Shown here: positions 22,696 through 33,469 of the stretch, piece after piece
Layout of the letters: the number at the start of each line of letters is the position of its first letter
How positions within the stretch are numbered: the stretch's first letter is position 1
NCBI GenBank assembly: GCA_051313645.2
Contig: JBNRSN020000008.1
Span: 169,198,001-169,262,000 of the forward strand
Direction of reading: 5' to 3'
Length of the DNA stretch: 64,000 nt
From: Centroscyllium fabricii
Taxonomy: Eukaryota
Notes under the pieces: generated by a model
Database searches by the model: none
What the model was told of the DNA's origin: nothing
The model's input: only the letters and a program-made list of their open reading frames with translations
Translations under genes and position numbers: made by a program

Positions 22696-25600
22696 TGTAA
22701 CCGTCAATAACGTCTTCGGAGTCGAATAGTTGGTTATAATAATCAGGCTTTTATTAACTACGTTAGCAATACACAACTGAGCTGACTGTCCCCAGAATGG
22801 CATGGGGGATGGGGGCAGTCGCTTATATACCTCCTCCAGTGGGGGAGGAGTCATGGGCGGCGCCAGGTATGTTCCTGGGATCCCGTACAGGTATTACAGG
22901 GTATTACAGGGTATTACAAGGTATTACAAGGTGATTCGTTATATACAGTGATATATGGTTTATCACATTCACCCCTTCTTTAAAACAAAAGTACAGCGGG
23001 GTGAACAAAACACGGAAGTATAACGGGGTGAGAAAAAACTAATAATTACAAGGTGCTCATTAACACAATATATACAATCAGAGTTCTTATGACTATAAAT
23101 TCAGTCTGTCAGGCGGTTTCGTTATCCGCGCTGATCTTCGCACCGCTGGTGGTGCCTGTGGTGTTCGTTGTCGTGGAGTGGCTGGTTGTGTCGGTTGTTC
23201 CCTTGCTGCCGGTCGACTGGTGGTGGTTATATCACTTCTGGGTGGCGGTGATGCCCTTATTCTGACAGCAGGGGGCGCGTTCTCTCCTTCGTCCTCTGAC
23301 TCTAGGGGGCGCGCGTTGTGGATCCAGGCTTGGGGCCGGGTCGTGCTGCTCGCAGGTGCCTTGTGGACATACTGGGGTACTGGGCCCACGTGTCGGGGCG
23401 TGTACTTCGGCCTCGGTGGCGCGGGGAGCGTCACAGGACGTTTTGGGAGCTCGGGCTGCCTGGCGGGGCTGGTTTTGGGGACTCCTGCTGGGGCTAGGTC
23501 CTTTATGGACACGGTGTCCTCCCTCCCGTCGGGGTACGCTATGTAAGCGTACTGGGGATTGGCGTGCAGGAGGTGGACCCGTTCGACTAGGGGATCTGCC
23601 TTGTGTCCCCTCCCATGCTTCCGCAGCAGGACCGGTCCCGGAGATAGCAGCCACGATGGTAGCGAGGTCCCGGAAGCTGACTTCCTGGGGAAGGCAAAAA
23701 GTCTTTCGTGAGGGGTGGCATTAGTGGCAGTACACAGTAGGGACCGGATAGAGTGGAGGGCTTCAGGGAGAACGTCCTGCCATCGGGTGACTGGGAGGTC
23801 TTTGGACTTTAGGGCTAACTGGATGGCTTTCCAGACCGTGGCGTTCTCTCTCTCTACCTGCCCGTTCCCCCGGGGGTTGTAGCTGGTAGTCCTGCTAGTC
23901 TCGATGCCTTTTGCTAGCAGGAACTGACGCAGCTCGTCACTCATAAAAGAGGCCCCCTGGTCACTATGGATATAGTTAGGGTACCCGAACAGGGAGAAGA
24001 TGCTACTGAGGGCTTTGATGACGGTGGCGGAGGTCATATCCTGGCAGGGTATGGCGAAGGGGAAACGGGAGTACTCATCTATAACATTGAGGAAATAGAC
24101 GTTCCTGTTGGCTGAGGGAAGGGGCCCTTTAAAATCGACGCTGAGTCGTTCAAAGGGGCGAGTGGCCTTGATTAAGTGCGCCCGGTCGGGCCGGTAGAAG
24201 TGCGGCTTGCACTCCGCGCAGACCTGGCAGTTGCTGGTCATGGTCTTGACCTCCTCGATGGAGTAGGGGAGGTTGCGGGACTTCACAAAGTGAACCAACC
24301 TGGTGACCCCCGGGTGGCAGAGGTCATTGTGAAGGGTTTGGAGACGGTCAGCCTGTGCGCTGGCACAGGTACCGCGGGATAGGGTGTCTGGGGGTTCGTT
24401 AAATATCCCGGGCCGGTACAAGATATCATAATTGAACGCCGATAGTTCAATTCTCCACCTTAGTATCTTGTCGTTCTTGATCTTACCCCGCTCTTTGTTG
24501 TTGAACATAAAAGCGACTGAGCGTTGGTCAGTCAACAGGGTAAAACGCTTGCCGGCCAGGTAGTGCTTCCAGTGCCGCACTGCTTCAACAATGGCCTGGG
24601 CCTCCTTTTCAATTGAGGAATGGCGGGTTTCTGGGCCTTGGAGGGTACGTGAAAAGAAGGCCACGGGTCTGCCCGCCTGATTAAGGGTGGCGGCCAGGGC
24701 AAAGTCCGATGCATCACTTTCCACTTGGAATGGGACGGACTCATCCACAGCGTGCATTGTGGCTTTGGCTATGTCGTTTTTAATTCTGCAGAATGCCGAG
24801 TTGGCTTCTGCAGAAAGTGGGAAAGAGGTTGATTTTAATAGTGGGCGAGCTTTGTCTGCGTAATTGGGGACCCACTGGGCATAATAGGCAAAGAATCCCA
24901 AAATCCGTTTAAGAGATTTGGGGGAGTGGGGGAGGGGAAGCTCCATGAGGGGGCGCATGCGGTCCGGGTCTGGACCGATGACTCCATTCTCCACCACGTT
25001 GCCGAGGATGGCAAGGCGGGTGGTGCTAAATACACATTTCTCCTTATTATACGTTAAATTCAGGGCTTTGGCCGTGTGGAGAAATTTTTGGAGATTGGTG
25101 TTATGGTCCTGCTGGTCATGGCCGCAGATGGTCACGTTATCAAGGTACGGGAAGGTCGCTCGCAGCCTGTACCGATCAACCATTCGGTCCATCTCCCTTT
25201 GGAAGACCGAGACCCCGTTCGTGACTCCAAACGGAACCCTAAGGAAGTGGTAGAGGCGGCCGTCAGCCACAAAGGCAGTATAGAGACGGTCCTCTGAGCC
25301 GATGGGGAGCTGGTGATAAGCAGATTTAAGGTCAATGGTCGAGAACACTTTAAACTGGGCGATTTGGTTCACCATGTCCGCTATCCGGGGAAGGGGGTAG
25401 GCATCTAATTGGGTGAACCGGTTTATGGTCTGGCTGTAATCCACTACCATCCTATTCTTCTCCCCGGTTTTCACCACGACTACCTGTGCTCTCCAGGGGC
25501 TATTACTGGCCTCTATGACCCCTTCTTTTTGGAGGCGCTGCACCTCGGATTTTATAAATGCCATGTCCCCAGCACTGTAGCGCCTACTCTTGGTGGCGAC

Positions 25601-27366
25601 GGGCTTACAGTCTGGGGTGAGATTGGCAAAGAGGGATGGAGGGGCAACCTTAAGGGTTGAGAGACCACAGGTAGTGTACTGGGGGTGCCGCTTTGAGCCG
25701 CGGTTTGTGACCGTGAGAGGGGGAAGGGGTCCACCGAATGCCATTGTAACGCTCCGAAGATGGCACTGGAAATCCAGTCCCAGGAGTAGGGGGGCGCAGA
25801 GCTGCGGCAGCACGTAAAAACTAAAATCATTGAACATTGCGCCCTGTACATTAAGAGTTACAATACAGCGCCCAGTGACGTCAGCGGATTCTGACTTGGA
25901 CGCCATAGATATTCTCTGGCGCGCAGGGATTACTTTAAGGGAGAGGCGCTTAACAGTATTCTGGTGAACAAAACTTACTGTGCTCCCACTGTCGAACAGG
26001 CACACCACCTCTTCACCGTTAACTTCCACCGGCATCATCGACCTCTCCAGTGGCTGGATTTTCCTCTGGTCTAGGCTCACGGATGCTAGTACCAGGTCCT
26101 CCAAAAAGTGTTGATCCGGAGAGTAGTTATCTTGGTCCGGAGAGTAGTTATCTTGATCCGGAGAGTAGTCCTCCAGATCTGCTCCCCGAGATGGCTGCCG
26201 CCATGTGTTGCGCTGTTGAGTCCAAGATGGCCGCTGTTGCTGCCTCGAGTGCTGCCGAGTGGGGGATGGGTGAGCCCGATATTGCTGCTCCCCTGTTCCA
26301 CACGCAGCGCTGCCCAGTCTTGATTTAGCGTTTGGGCCTTTGCAAACCTTCGCATAGTGTCCCTTTTTGTCGCACTTGGAGCAGATCGCTTCTTTTGCGG
26401 GGCAGCTGCGTCTTGGATGCTGTGGTTGCCCACAGAAGTAGCATTTAGCTTTAGCGTGGGCCGCTGTGAGAAGTTCCTCTGGCGGTCTTTGCGCCAGTAC
26501 TGTCCAAGATTGTGGGGCTGGGCCCGTATAGTTACTAGAGTAGGATGATAAATCCGTAGAGGCGCTATCTAGCGCGTGTCCCAAATCTGTAGTGGCCTGT
26601 AAGTCCTGGCCATTCTGCTCTAGCAGTCTTTGCCTAGCATAGTCCGATTTCAGGCCTGTTACATAGGCATCCCTGATGAGACTCTCCATATGCACTAGAG
26701 CCGTTTGCGCTCTGCAGTCACAGTCCCGTGCCAGAATTCTGAGGGCTCTTAGGAACTGCACACTCGACTCGTTATTCTGTTGTTTTCGGGTGGCGAGTAT
26801 ATGTCTCGCGTGGACTCTGTTTGGTGCCCGATTGTATTCCGCCTCGAGGATCCTGAGGGCTTCTTGGAATGATGGGGCGTCCACTATCATCGAATATACT
26901 TGCGGGCCCACCCGGGCGTGGAGGAGTCGTCGTTTTTGCTCCTCGGTCAGTATGACCGCTGCGTTGGCTCTAACGTATCCTTCAAGTACATTTCGCCAGT
27001 GTGAGAAAGCGTTTGATGCTCCAGGCGATCGGGGGTCAACTTCGAACACTGATGGTTTCAACATTGTAGTATCCATTTCCAGTAGTTAATAAAATTGTAA
27101 CCGTCAATAACGTCTTCGGAGTCGAATAGTTGGTTATAATAATCAGGCTTTTATTAACTACGTTAGCAATACACAACTGAGCTGACTGTCCCCAGAATGG
27201 CATGGGGGATGGGGGCAGTCGCTTATATACCTCCTCCAGCGGGGGAGGAGTCATGGGCGGCGCCAGGTATGTTCCTGGGATCCCGTACAGGTATTACAGG
27301 GTATTACAGGTATTACAAGGTATTACAAGGTGATTCGTTATATACAGTGATATATGGTTTATCACA
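22696..27366 (-). mobile_element. Full-length, apparently intact Ty3/gypsy LTR retrotransposon C (same family as B)
   Basis: LTRs at 22696-22967 and 27096-27366 differ by 1 substitution and a 1-bp indel. Perfect TSD ATTGC. PPT AAAGAAGGGGTGAA. Confidence 0.98.
23093..27076 (-). CDS. Element C single-ORF Gag-PR-RT-RNaseH-IN polyprotein (1327 aa)
   Basis: Uninterrupted ORF with two CCHC knuckles, LFDSGS, IDLKSAYHQ/YLDN, ESDASD, HHCC (HNDLCH..CQVC) and D-D-E (DFKG, SDQG, VERE). Confidence 0.97.
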   Translation of the reverse strand: MDTTMLKPSVFEVDPRSPGASNAFSHWRNVLEGYVRANAAVILTEEQKRRLLHARVGPQVYSMIVDAPSFQEALRILEAEYNRAPNRVHARHILATRKQQNNESSVQFLRALRILARDCDCRAQTALVHMESLIRDAYVTGLKSDYARQRLLEQNGQDLQATTDLGHALDSASTDLSSYSSNYTGPAPQSWTVLAQRPPEELLTAAHAKAKCYFCGQPQHPRRSCPAKEAICSKCDKKGHYAKVCKGPNAKSRLGSAACGTGEQQYRAHPSPTRQHSRQQQRPSWTQQRNTWRQPSRGADLEDYSPDQDNYSPDQDNYSPDQHFLEDLVLASVSLDQRKIQPLERSMMPVEVNGEEVVCLFDSGSTVSFVHQNTVKRLSLKVIPARQRISMASKSESADVTGRCIVTLNVQGAMFNDFSFYVLPQLCAPLLLGLDFQCHLRSVTMAFGGPLPPLTVTNRGSKRHPQYTTCGLSTLKVAPPSLFANLTPDCKPVATKSRRYSAGDMAFIKSEVQRLQKEGVIEASNSPWRAQVVVVKTGEKNRMVVDYSQTINRFTQLDAYPLPRIADMVNQIAQFKVFSTIDLKSAYHQLPIGSEDRLYTAFVADGRLYHFLRVPFGVTNGVSVFQREMDRMVDRYRLRATFPYLDNVTICGHDQQDHNTNLQKFLHTAKALNLTYNKEKCVFSTTRLAILGNVVENGVIGPDPDRMRPLMELPLPHSPKSLKRILGFFAYYAQWVPNYADKARPLLKSTSFPLSAEANSAFCRIKNDIAKATMHAVDESVPFQVESDASDFALAATLNQAGRPVAFFSRTLQGPETRHSSIEKEAQAIVEAVRHWKHYLAGKRFTLLTDQRSVAFMFNNKERGKIKNDKILRWRIELSAFNYDILYRPGIFNEPPDTLSRGTCASAQADRLQTLHNDLCHPGVTRLVHFVKSRNLPYSIEEVKTMTSNCQVCAECKPHFYRPDRAHLIKATRPFERLSVDFKGPLPSANRNVYFLNVIDEYSRFPFAIPCQDMTSATVIKALSSIFSLFGYPNYIHSDQGASFMSDELRQFLLAKGIETSRTTSYNPRGNGQVERENATVWKAIQLALKSKDLPVTRWQDVLPEALHSIRSLLCTATNATPHERLFAFPRKSASGTSLPSWLLSPGPVLLRKHGRGHKADPLVERVHLLHANPQYAYIAYPDGREDTVSIKDLAPAGVPKTSPARQPELPKRPVTLPAPPRPKYTPRHVGPVPQYVHKAPASSTTRPQAWIHNARPLESEDEGENAPPAVRIRASPPPRSDITTTSRPAAREQPTQPATPRQRTPQAPPAVRRSARITKPPDRLNL

Positions 27367-27509
27367 ATTGCATCCTTCCCTGAATGGGTAAGATTCCATT
27401 TGCTTAAATTCTGGCACACCAGCCACAATAAAATAGTAATTCACCCTTAAGATCCCGGCATCAGCCTTCCTCAGCTGCTGGTCCAAGTTAATCCAGAGAT
27501 TCTAGAACG

Positions 27510-28925
27510 GTTCCCACTATTTAAGAAAGGCAGGAAAGAGAAAACGGGGAACTACAGACCAGTCAGCCTGACATCAGTCGTAGGGAAAATGCTAGAATCT
27601 ATTATTAAGGATGTGGTAACCAGGCACTTAGAAAATAATAACAGGATTAGGCAGAGTCAACAGATTTATGAAAGCAAAATCATGTTTGACAAATTTGTTA
27701 AGAGTTTCTTGAGGTTGTAACTCGCAGAATAGATAAGGGGGAACCAATGGATGTGGTGTATTTGGATTTTCAGAAGCCATTCGATAAGGTGCCACACAAG
27801 AGGTTATTAAACAAAACAGGGGCTCATGGGATTGGGGGTAATATACTAGCATCGATTGAGGATTAACTAACGGACAGAAAACAGAGAGTAGGAATAAATG
27901 GGTCATTTTCGGGTTGGCAGGCTGTAACAAATTGGGTACAACAAGGATCAGTGCTTGGGCCTCAGCTATTCACAATCTACATCAATGATTTGGATGAGGG
28001 GACCAAATGTAATATATCCAAGTTTGCTGATGATACAAAACTGGGTGGATATAGAAGTTGTGAGGAGGATGCAACAAGGCTTCAAGGGGATATAGACAGG
28101 CTAAGTGAGTGGGCAAGAACATGGCAAATGGGAATATAATATGGAGAAATGTGAAGTTATCCACTTTGGTAGGAAAAATAGAAAAGCAGAGTATTTTTTA
28201 AATGGTGAGAGATTGGGAAATGTTGGTGTTCAGAGGGACCTGGGTGTCCTTGTACACAAAAGGTTAACATGTAGGTACAGCTAGCAATTAGGAAATCAAA
28301 TTGTTGGCCTTTATTACAAGAGGATTTGAGTATAAGAGCAAAGACATTTTACTGCAATTATATAAGGCCCTGGTGAGACCACACCTGCAGTACTGTGTAC
28401 AGTTTTGATCTTCTTACCTCAGGAAGGAAATAATTGCCATAGAGGGAGTGCAACAAAGGTTCACCAGAATGGTTCCTGGGATGGGGGGTTGTCCTATGAG
28501 GAGAGATTGAGTAGACTAGGCTTATATTCTCTAGAGTTTAGAAGAATGAGTGGTGATCTTATTAAAACATACAAATTTCTTACAGGGCTTGACAGGGTAG
28601 ATGCAGGGAGAATGTTTCCCCTGGTTGAGGAGTCTTGAACCAGGGGTCACAGTCTCAGAATAAGGGGTCGGCCATTTAGGACTGAGATGAGGAGAAATTT
28701 ATTCACTCAGAGGGTGGTGAATCTTTGGAATTCTCTACCCCAGAGGGCTGTGGAGGTTCAGTCGTTGAGTATATTCAAGACAGAGATCGATAGATTTTTG
28801 AATATTAAGGGGATCAAGGGATATGGGGATAGTGCAGGTCAGGTAGAAGATCAGCCATGAACTTATTGAATGGTAGAGCAAGTTCAAAGGGCCAAATGGC
28901 CGACTCCTGCTCCTATTTCTTATGT
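27510..28925 (+). mobile_element. Degenerate CR1 LINE 3' half
   Basis: GNYRPVSLTSV, VLGPQLFTIYINDLDEG..SKFADDTKLG, LYSLEFRRM, and the CR1 tail. Confidence 0.92.
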
Positions 28926-29136
28926 TTGGCAGCTTTGCTTTGTCCTCTTAATATCAGGGACATCCAAATATGTAAAAACTGGCACTGCAAACTAGTCTAT
29001 TTTTAAGCCTCCATAGCAGAGCCCAGTCCTACCTTCACCAGAGGTCATAGAAACATGAAAGTAAATGAATCCTTTATATTTAAAGTTAATAAATGGTGAT
29101 TATTGATAGTTAAACATCTTGATCTTCTCGACATAC

Positions 29137-29250
29137 CTGTAGTCCTTGCCCATCCACTGTTGTCGTATTATATTTGAAAGCTGGATTATCATCTGAACTT
29201 GTGGTTGTTGGTGAATCGCTTTCAGCCTTTTTCTGATTGGGCTGTCTATC
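29137..29250 (-). CDS. DGKG: Diacylglycerol kinase internal exon: linker between C1b and the catalytic domain
   Basis: 114-bp phase-0 exon between acceptor tttttctgttttaaAG and donor GTatgt. It translates DRQPNQKKAESDSPTTTSSDDNPAFKYNTTTVDGQGLQ; the VDGQGLQ ending is typical of DGKB/DGKG. It is in phase with the 37948-38046 exon. Confidence 0.85.
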
Positions 29251-29334
29251 CTTTAAAACAGAAAAATAATCAAAACACTTAAGCAAATCTGGTACTGGCT
29301 TCTCTATATTTTGTTGGACGCACCGGCCCAGAAA

Positions 29335-29943
29335 TAGAATCGTAAAATGGTTACGGCACAGAAGGAAGCCATTCAGCCCGTCGAGTCTGTACCGGTTCTC
29401 TGCAAGAGCACTTCAACTAGTCCCACTCCCCCATCCTTTCCCCGTACCCGGCAACATCTTTTTCCTTCAGGTACTTATCCAATTCCCTTTTGAAAGCCAT
29501 GATTGAATCTGCCTCCACCACCCTTTCACGCATTGCATTTCAGATCCTAACCACTCGCTGCGTAAAAAAGACTTTCCTTACGTTGCCTTTGGTTCTTCTA
29601 CCAATCACCTTAAATCTGTGTCCTCTGGTTCTCGACCTTTCCGCCAATGGGAACAGTTTTTCTCCATCTACTCTGTCTAGCCCCTCATGATTCTGAACAC
29701 CTCTATCAAATCTCCTCTTAACCTTCTCTGTTCTAAGGAAAACAACCCCAGCTTCTCCAGTCTATCCACGTAACTGAAGTCCTTCATCCCTGGAACCATT
29801 CTTGTAAATCTTTTCTGCACCCTCACGAAGGCCTTCACATCCTTCCTGAAGTGTGGTGCCCAGAATTGGACACAATAGTCCCGTTGAGGCCGAACCAGTG
29901 TTTTATAAAGGTTCATCATAACTTCCTTGCTTTTGGACTCTAT
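29335..29943 (-). mobile_element. CR1 LINE 3' end; continues at about 35611-35670 beyond the Harbinger insertion
   Basis: LYKTLVRPQRDYCVQFWAPH..VQKRFTRMVPG..LEQRRLRGDLIEVF. Confidence 0.88.
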
Positions 29944-30159
29944 GGCCGCAAATTTAATTGAGAAGACGGGTTGGAGTCAGGTTGCCTGGAGGGCGGGTTC
30001 TGGTCCCGTTTCTGCTTTCAGCCGCTCCCGATTTCAGATTTTAGTTTAAGTGCCCTAATTAGTCCCATCGTACACGCTACCCGGCCCAGTGAGTGGCAGC
30101 GTGTCTGTTGCTCTCCACCGATGACGTCATTGCTGCAGTTGTTTTTAAGGGGCCCATGT

Positions 30160-30497
30160 TTAAGATGATGAAGGGGATCGATAGAGTAAACGTGCAGAGA
30201 CTGTTTCCACGGGTGGGAAGAACGACAACAAGAGGGCACGAACACAAGATTCAAGGAGGAAGATTCAGAAGGGATGGCAGGGGCAAGTTCTTTACACAGA
30301 GAGTGGTCGGGGAGTGGAATAGGCTACCATCTGAAATAGTGGATGCGGACAGTCTGGGAGCTTTTAAAAGGATGATAGATAGGTACATGGAGGGGAAGGA
30401 AGAGTAGGGGGGACAGGAAAAATCAGAGACGGACTAAGCGCGGCACTACATTGAGGGCCCAAGGGCCTGTACAGTGCTGTATATTCTATGTTCTATG
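30160..30497 (+). mobile_element. CR1 3' fragment inserted in the Harbinger
   Basis: FKMMKGIDRV..TRGHEHKI..FFTQRVVGEWNRLP, followed by a (TTCTATG)n tail. Confidence 0.85.
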
Positions 30498-30546
30498 TAG
30501 CCTCAGCCTCTCATTTCTGCTGCTGTTTGAATGGGCCCAGGCTACA

Positions 30547-33210
30547 ATGGCTGCTGCCAAAGCCAAGGCTGCTCCAAGGTTCAATGAGGACTCGCTCCAA
30601 GCTCTTGTGGAGGGAGTAAGAGGGCGCAGGGATGTTCTGTTCCCTCCCGATGGCCAGAGGAAGCCTCCTCAGCAAACAATGGCAGCCTAGCTGCACATTG
30701 CTGTGGAGGTCAGCGCAAAGTCCTTATGCTCACGCACCTGGGTCCAGTGCCGGAAACGGTTTAATGATCTTCTGCGATCATCAAAAGTGAGTATCACATC
30801 ACACTGACTTTCAATCTGCTTCCCTTCTCTTCTCATCACCAGCACTCTGCTTTGTCAGCCTGCTCCTCCACCACCCACCTTACATCCCTTGCACCCTTAC
30901 CCATCCATCTCACTCTCTGTACTGAATTGCCTCACCATCCTATGCACCCCTCACACTCGCTCTCACTGTTATGCAATGCCAACTAACAACGTACAGGGAG
31001 GCAGCTTCCTCTTGGCACCTCACTCCATCTTGGTTTCCCTATAAACTTCCATTTTATGGATTCTTCACATTCACTCCATTACTCTCGCTGAAACGCCACG
31101 TGTCTCTCCTTGCAGGAAAAGAAAGCCTACAATAAGAGAGAGCGCATCGACAGGAGAAGGCCCACCATCCCTGGCGACACTGACCAGCGCTGAAGAGGCT
31201 GCTTGCGAGATTGTGGGAGGTGGCGAGAAGCTGGAAGTGGGGGACGGAGAGACGGGCGCACTAGACGAAGCTGGTGACAGAATGGTTCTTCAATCCACGC
31301 ATTTAAATTTCATGATTGACTGCAATGGCATATGATGTTCATAGAGATTGACTTTTGATCATCTGCACAATAGGATGTGTCTGCTAACTAAAAATCAGAT
31401 ATCTAATTCATGCTTTTGCTCTCCCACATGACCATCAAGAGCCCCCCTCCCCACTGTCCAGGAGGAAGAGTCGGACGAATCATCAGAGGAAGCCGCAGCC
31501 TCTAAGGGAGCAGCGCCACCAGGACTCAGCGCACCCAGCACCAGCGCAGAAACGTACACTGCGGCGGGGCCTTTGCAACATAGTGTTGTCACCTGGTGTA
31601 TCACAGCTCACAAGTGAGCATCAGCAGATGGTGGAGACAGCGACCGCAGTGGAGATTTCTCATTGGACGTCGCGCTTAGCTGTGCTCAGCTGCATGTGGA
31701 CCCTGTGCCTCTGGGGCCATCCAGAAAGAGAGCGGTGCTGGAACTTCAGCAACAAGTGTAGGAGTCTCTTGCAGGGTTTGCATCCAGGGTAACTGCGAGT
31801 GTGCAGAGAATGGAGGAGTCCATCTCCAACATGAGTACTGCCTTTGTGGGGACAATGGCGCATGAACATGCTGCCGTGGAGAGGGTGGCAACCTCCGTGG
31901 AGGACATAAGTCACCAGACTCAGGAGAACATGGTGACTCTGCTAAATAGATGGTCTGCTATGGAGGATAGATGGGCATCTATTGAGGAGACACACCAGAG
32001 GTACATGGACATCCCCGTTATGAGGATTGTCAGTACAGAGATGGGTCCTCATGGCCCCACTGATGTGTAGCAAGGTGCTCTCCAGTCACTTGCAAGCACT
32101 GAAGTGTGGGTGACCCATGAAAGGGATGTTGGTGGCAGACAACAAAGAAGTGGCAAGTAACATTCGCACCACACAAGTGCCAGGCAATGACCATCTCCAA
32201 CAAGCGAGACTCTAACCATCTCCCCTTGACATTCAATGGCATTATCATCGCTGAATCCCCCACTATCAACATTCTGGGGGTTACCATTGATCAGAAACTG
32301 AACTGGACCAGCCATATAAATACTGTGGCTACAAGAGCAGGCCAGAGGCTGGGAATTCTGCGGCGAGTGTCTCACCTCCTGACTCCCCAAAGCCTTTCCA
32401 CCATCCATAAGGCACAAGTCAGGAGTGTGATGGAATACTCTCCACTTGCCTGGATGAGTGCAGCTCCAACAACACTCAAGAAGCTCGACACCATTCAGGA
32501 TAAAGTAGGCCGCTTGATTGGCACTCCATCCACTCCCTCCACCACCGGCACACTGTGGCTGCAGTGTGTACCATCTACAAGATGCACTGCAGAAACTCGC
32601 CAAGGCTCCTTCAACAGCACCTTCCAAACCCGCGACCTCTACCACTTAGAAGGACAAGGGCCGCAGACGCATGGGAACAGCACCACCTACAAGTTTCCCT
32701 CCAAGCCACACACCATCCTGACTTAGACCTGTATCGCTGCTCCTTCACTGTCGCTGGGCCAAAATCCTGGAACTCCCTTCCTAACAACATCGTGGGTGTA
32801 CCTACACCATATGGACTGCAGCGGTTCAAGGCGGCGGCTCACCACCATCTTCTCACGGACAATTAGGGATGGGCGCTAAATGCAGGCCTAGCCAGCCAGC
32901 GACGTCCACAACCCATCAATGGATAAAAAAAAGTGTGGGCTCCTCTCCAAGCGCTCACATGACCATGCCACTGCGAAGCCCTCCGTCAGAGCCCCGGATT
33001 CCTCACCCAACTGAGATGGCCATATCAGCCCTTGCAGTGCCGCAGGAACAGCAGACTGTGGAGGAACCCTCCCAGGCTCCCAAACCTAGAGGACGCCTGC
33101 CAAAGGTGTCTAAGCAGGCGCAGCATCAAAGTGAGCAAGGTGCCTCTACATCTGCTGAAGCAACAGGGGAAGCACCACGTAGAAGCACGTGTAAGAAGTT
33201 AACACACAAA
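30547..33210 (+). pseudogene. Harbinger Myb/SANT-like DNA-binding protein gene (multi-exon, disrupted)
   Basis: MAAAKAKAAPRFNEDSLQALVEGVRGRRDVLFP..(W>stop at 30688)..RTWVQCRKRFNDL, donor GTGAGT at 30787, next exon EKKAYNKRER from about 31115. The 3' end is approximate. Confidence 0.8.
32146..32932 (+). mobile_element. LINE family X 3' fragment inserted in the Harbinger
   Basis: INILGVTIDQKLNWTSHI..AGQRLGILRR..QVRSVMEYSPLAW, followed by an A tail. Confidence 0.9.
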
Positions 33211-33469
33211 TAGTCACAAGGGTAGTCACTTGGGTGTTTTGACTGTTGCAAAATATCGATCGTCATCCTTCTGTGATGTGATTAAACAAAAGTAATGTCA
33301 AAGAGTTGAAGTTCTGGCTTATGTGTTCTGGGAAATGGAAGTTGCACCGTGAGGGCTCAGGGCGACTTGCATTTGTAATGATGGTGCCGAGAGTGATAGG
33401 AAAGCACCATTTATTGAAAAGATGATGTATGGCGTGTTAAGAAGGTCGTCCACACATTCATAGCCATAT

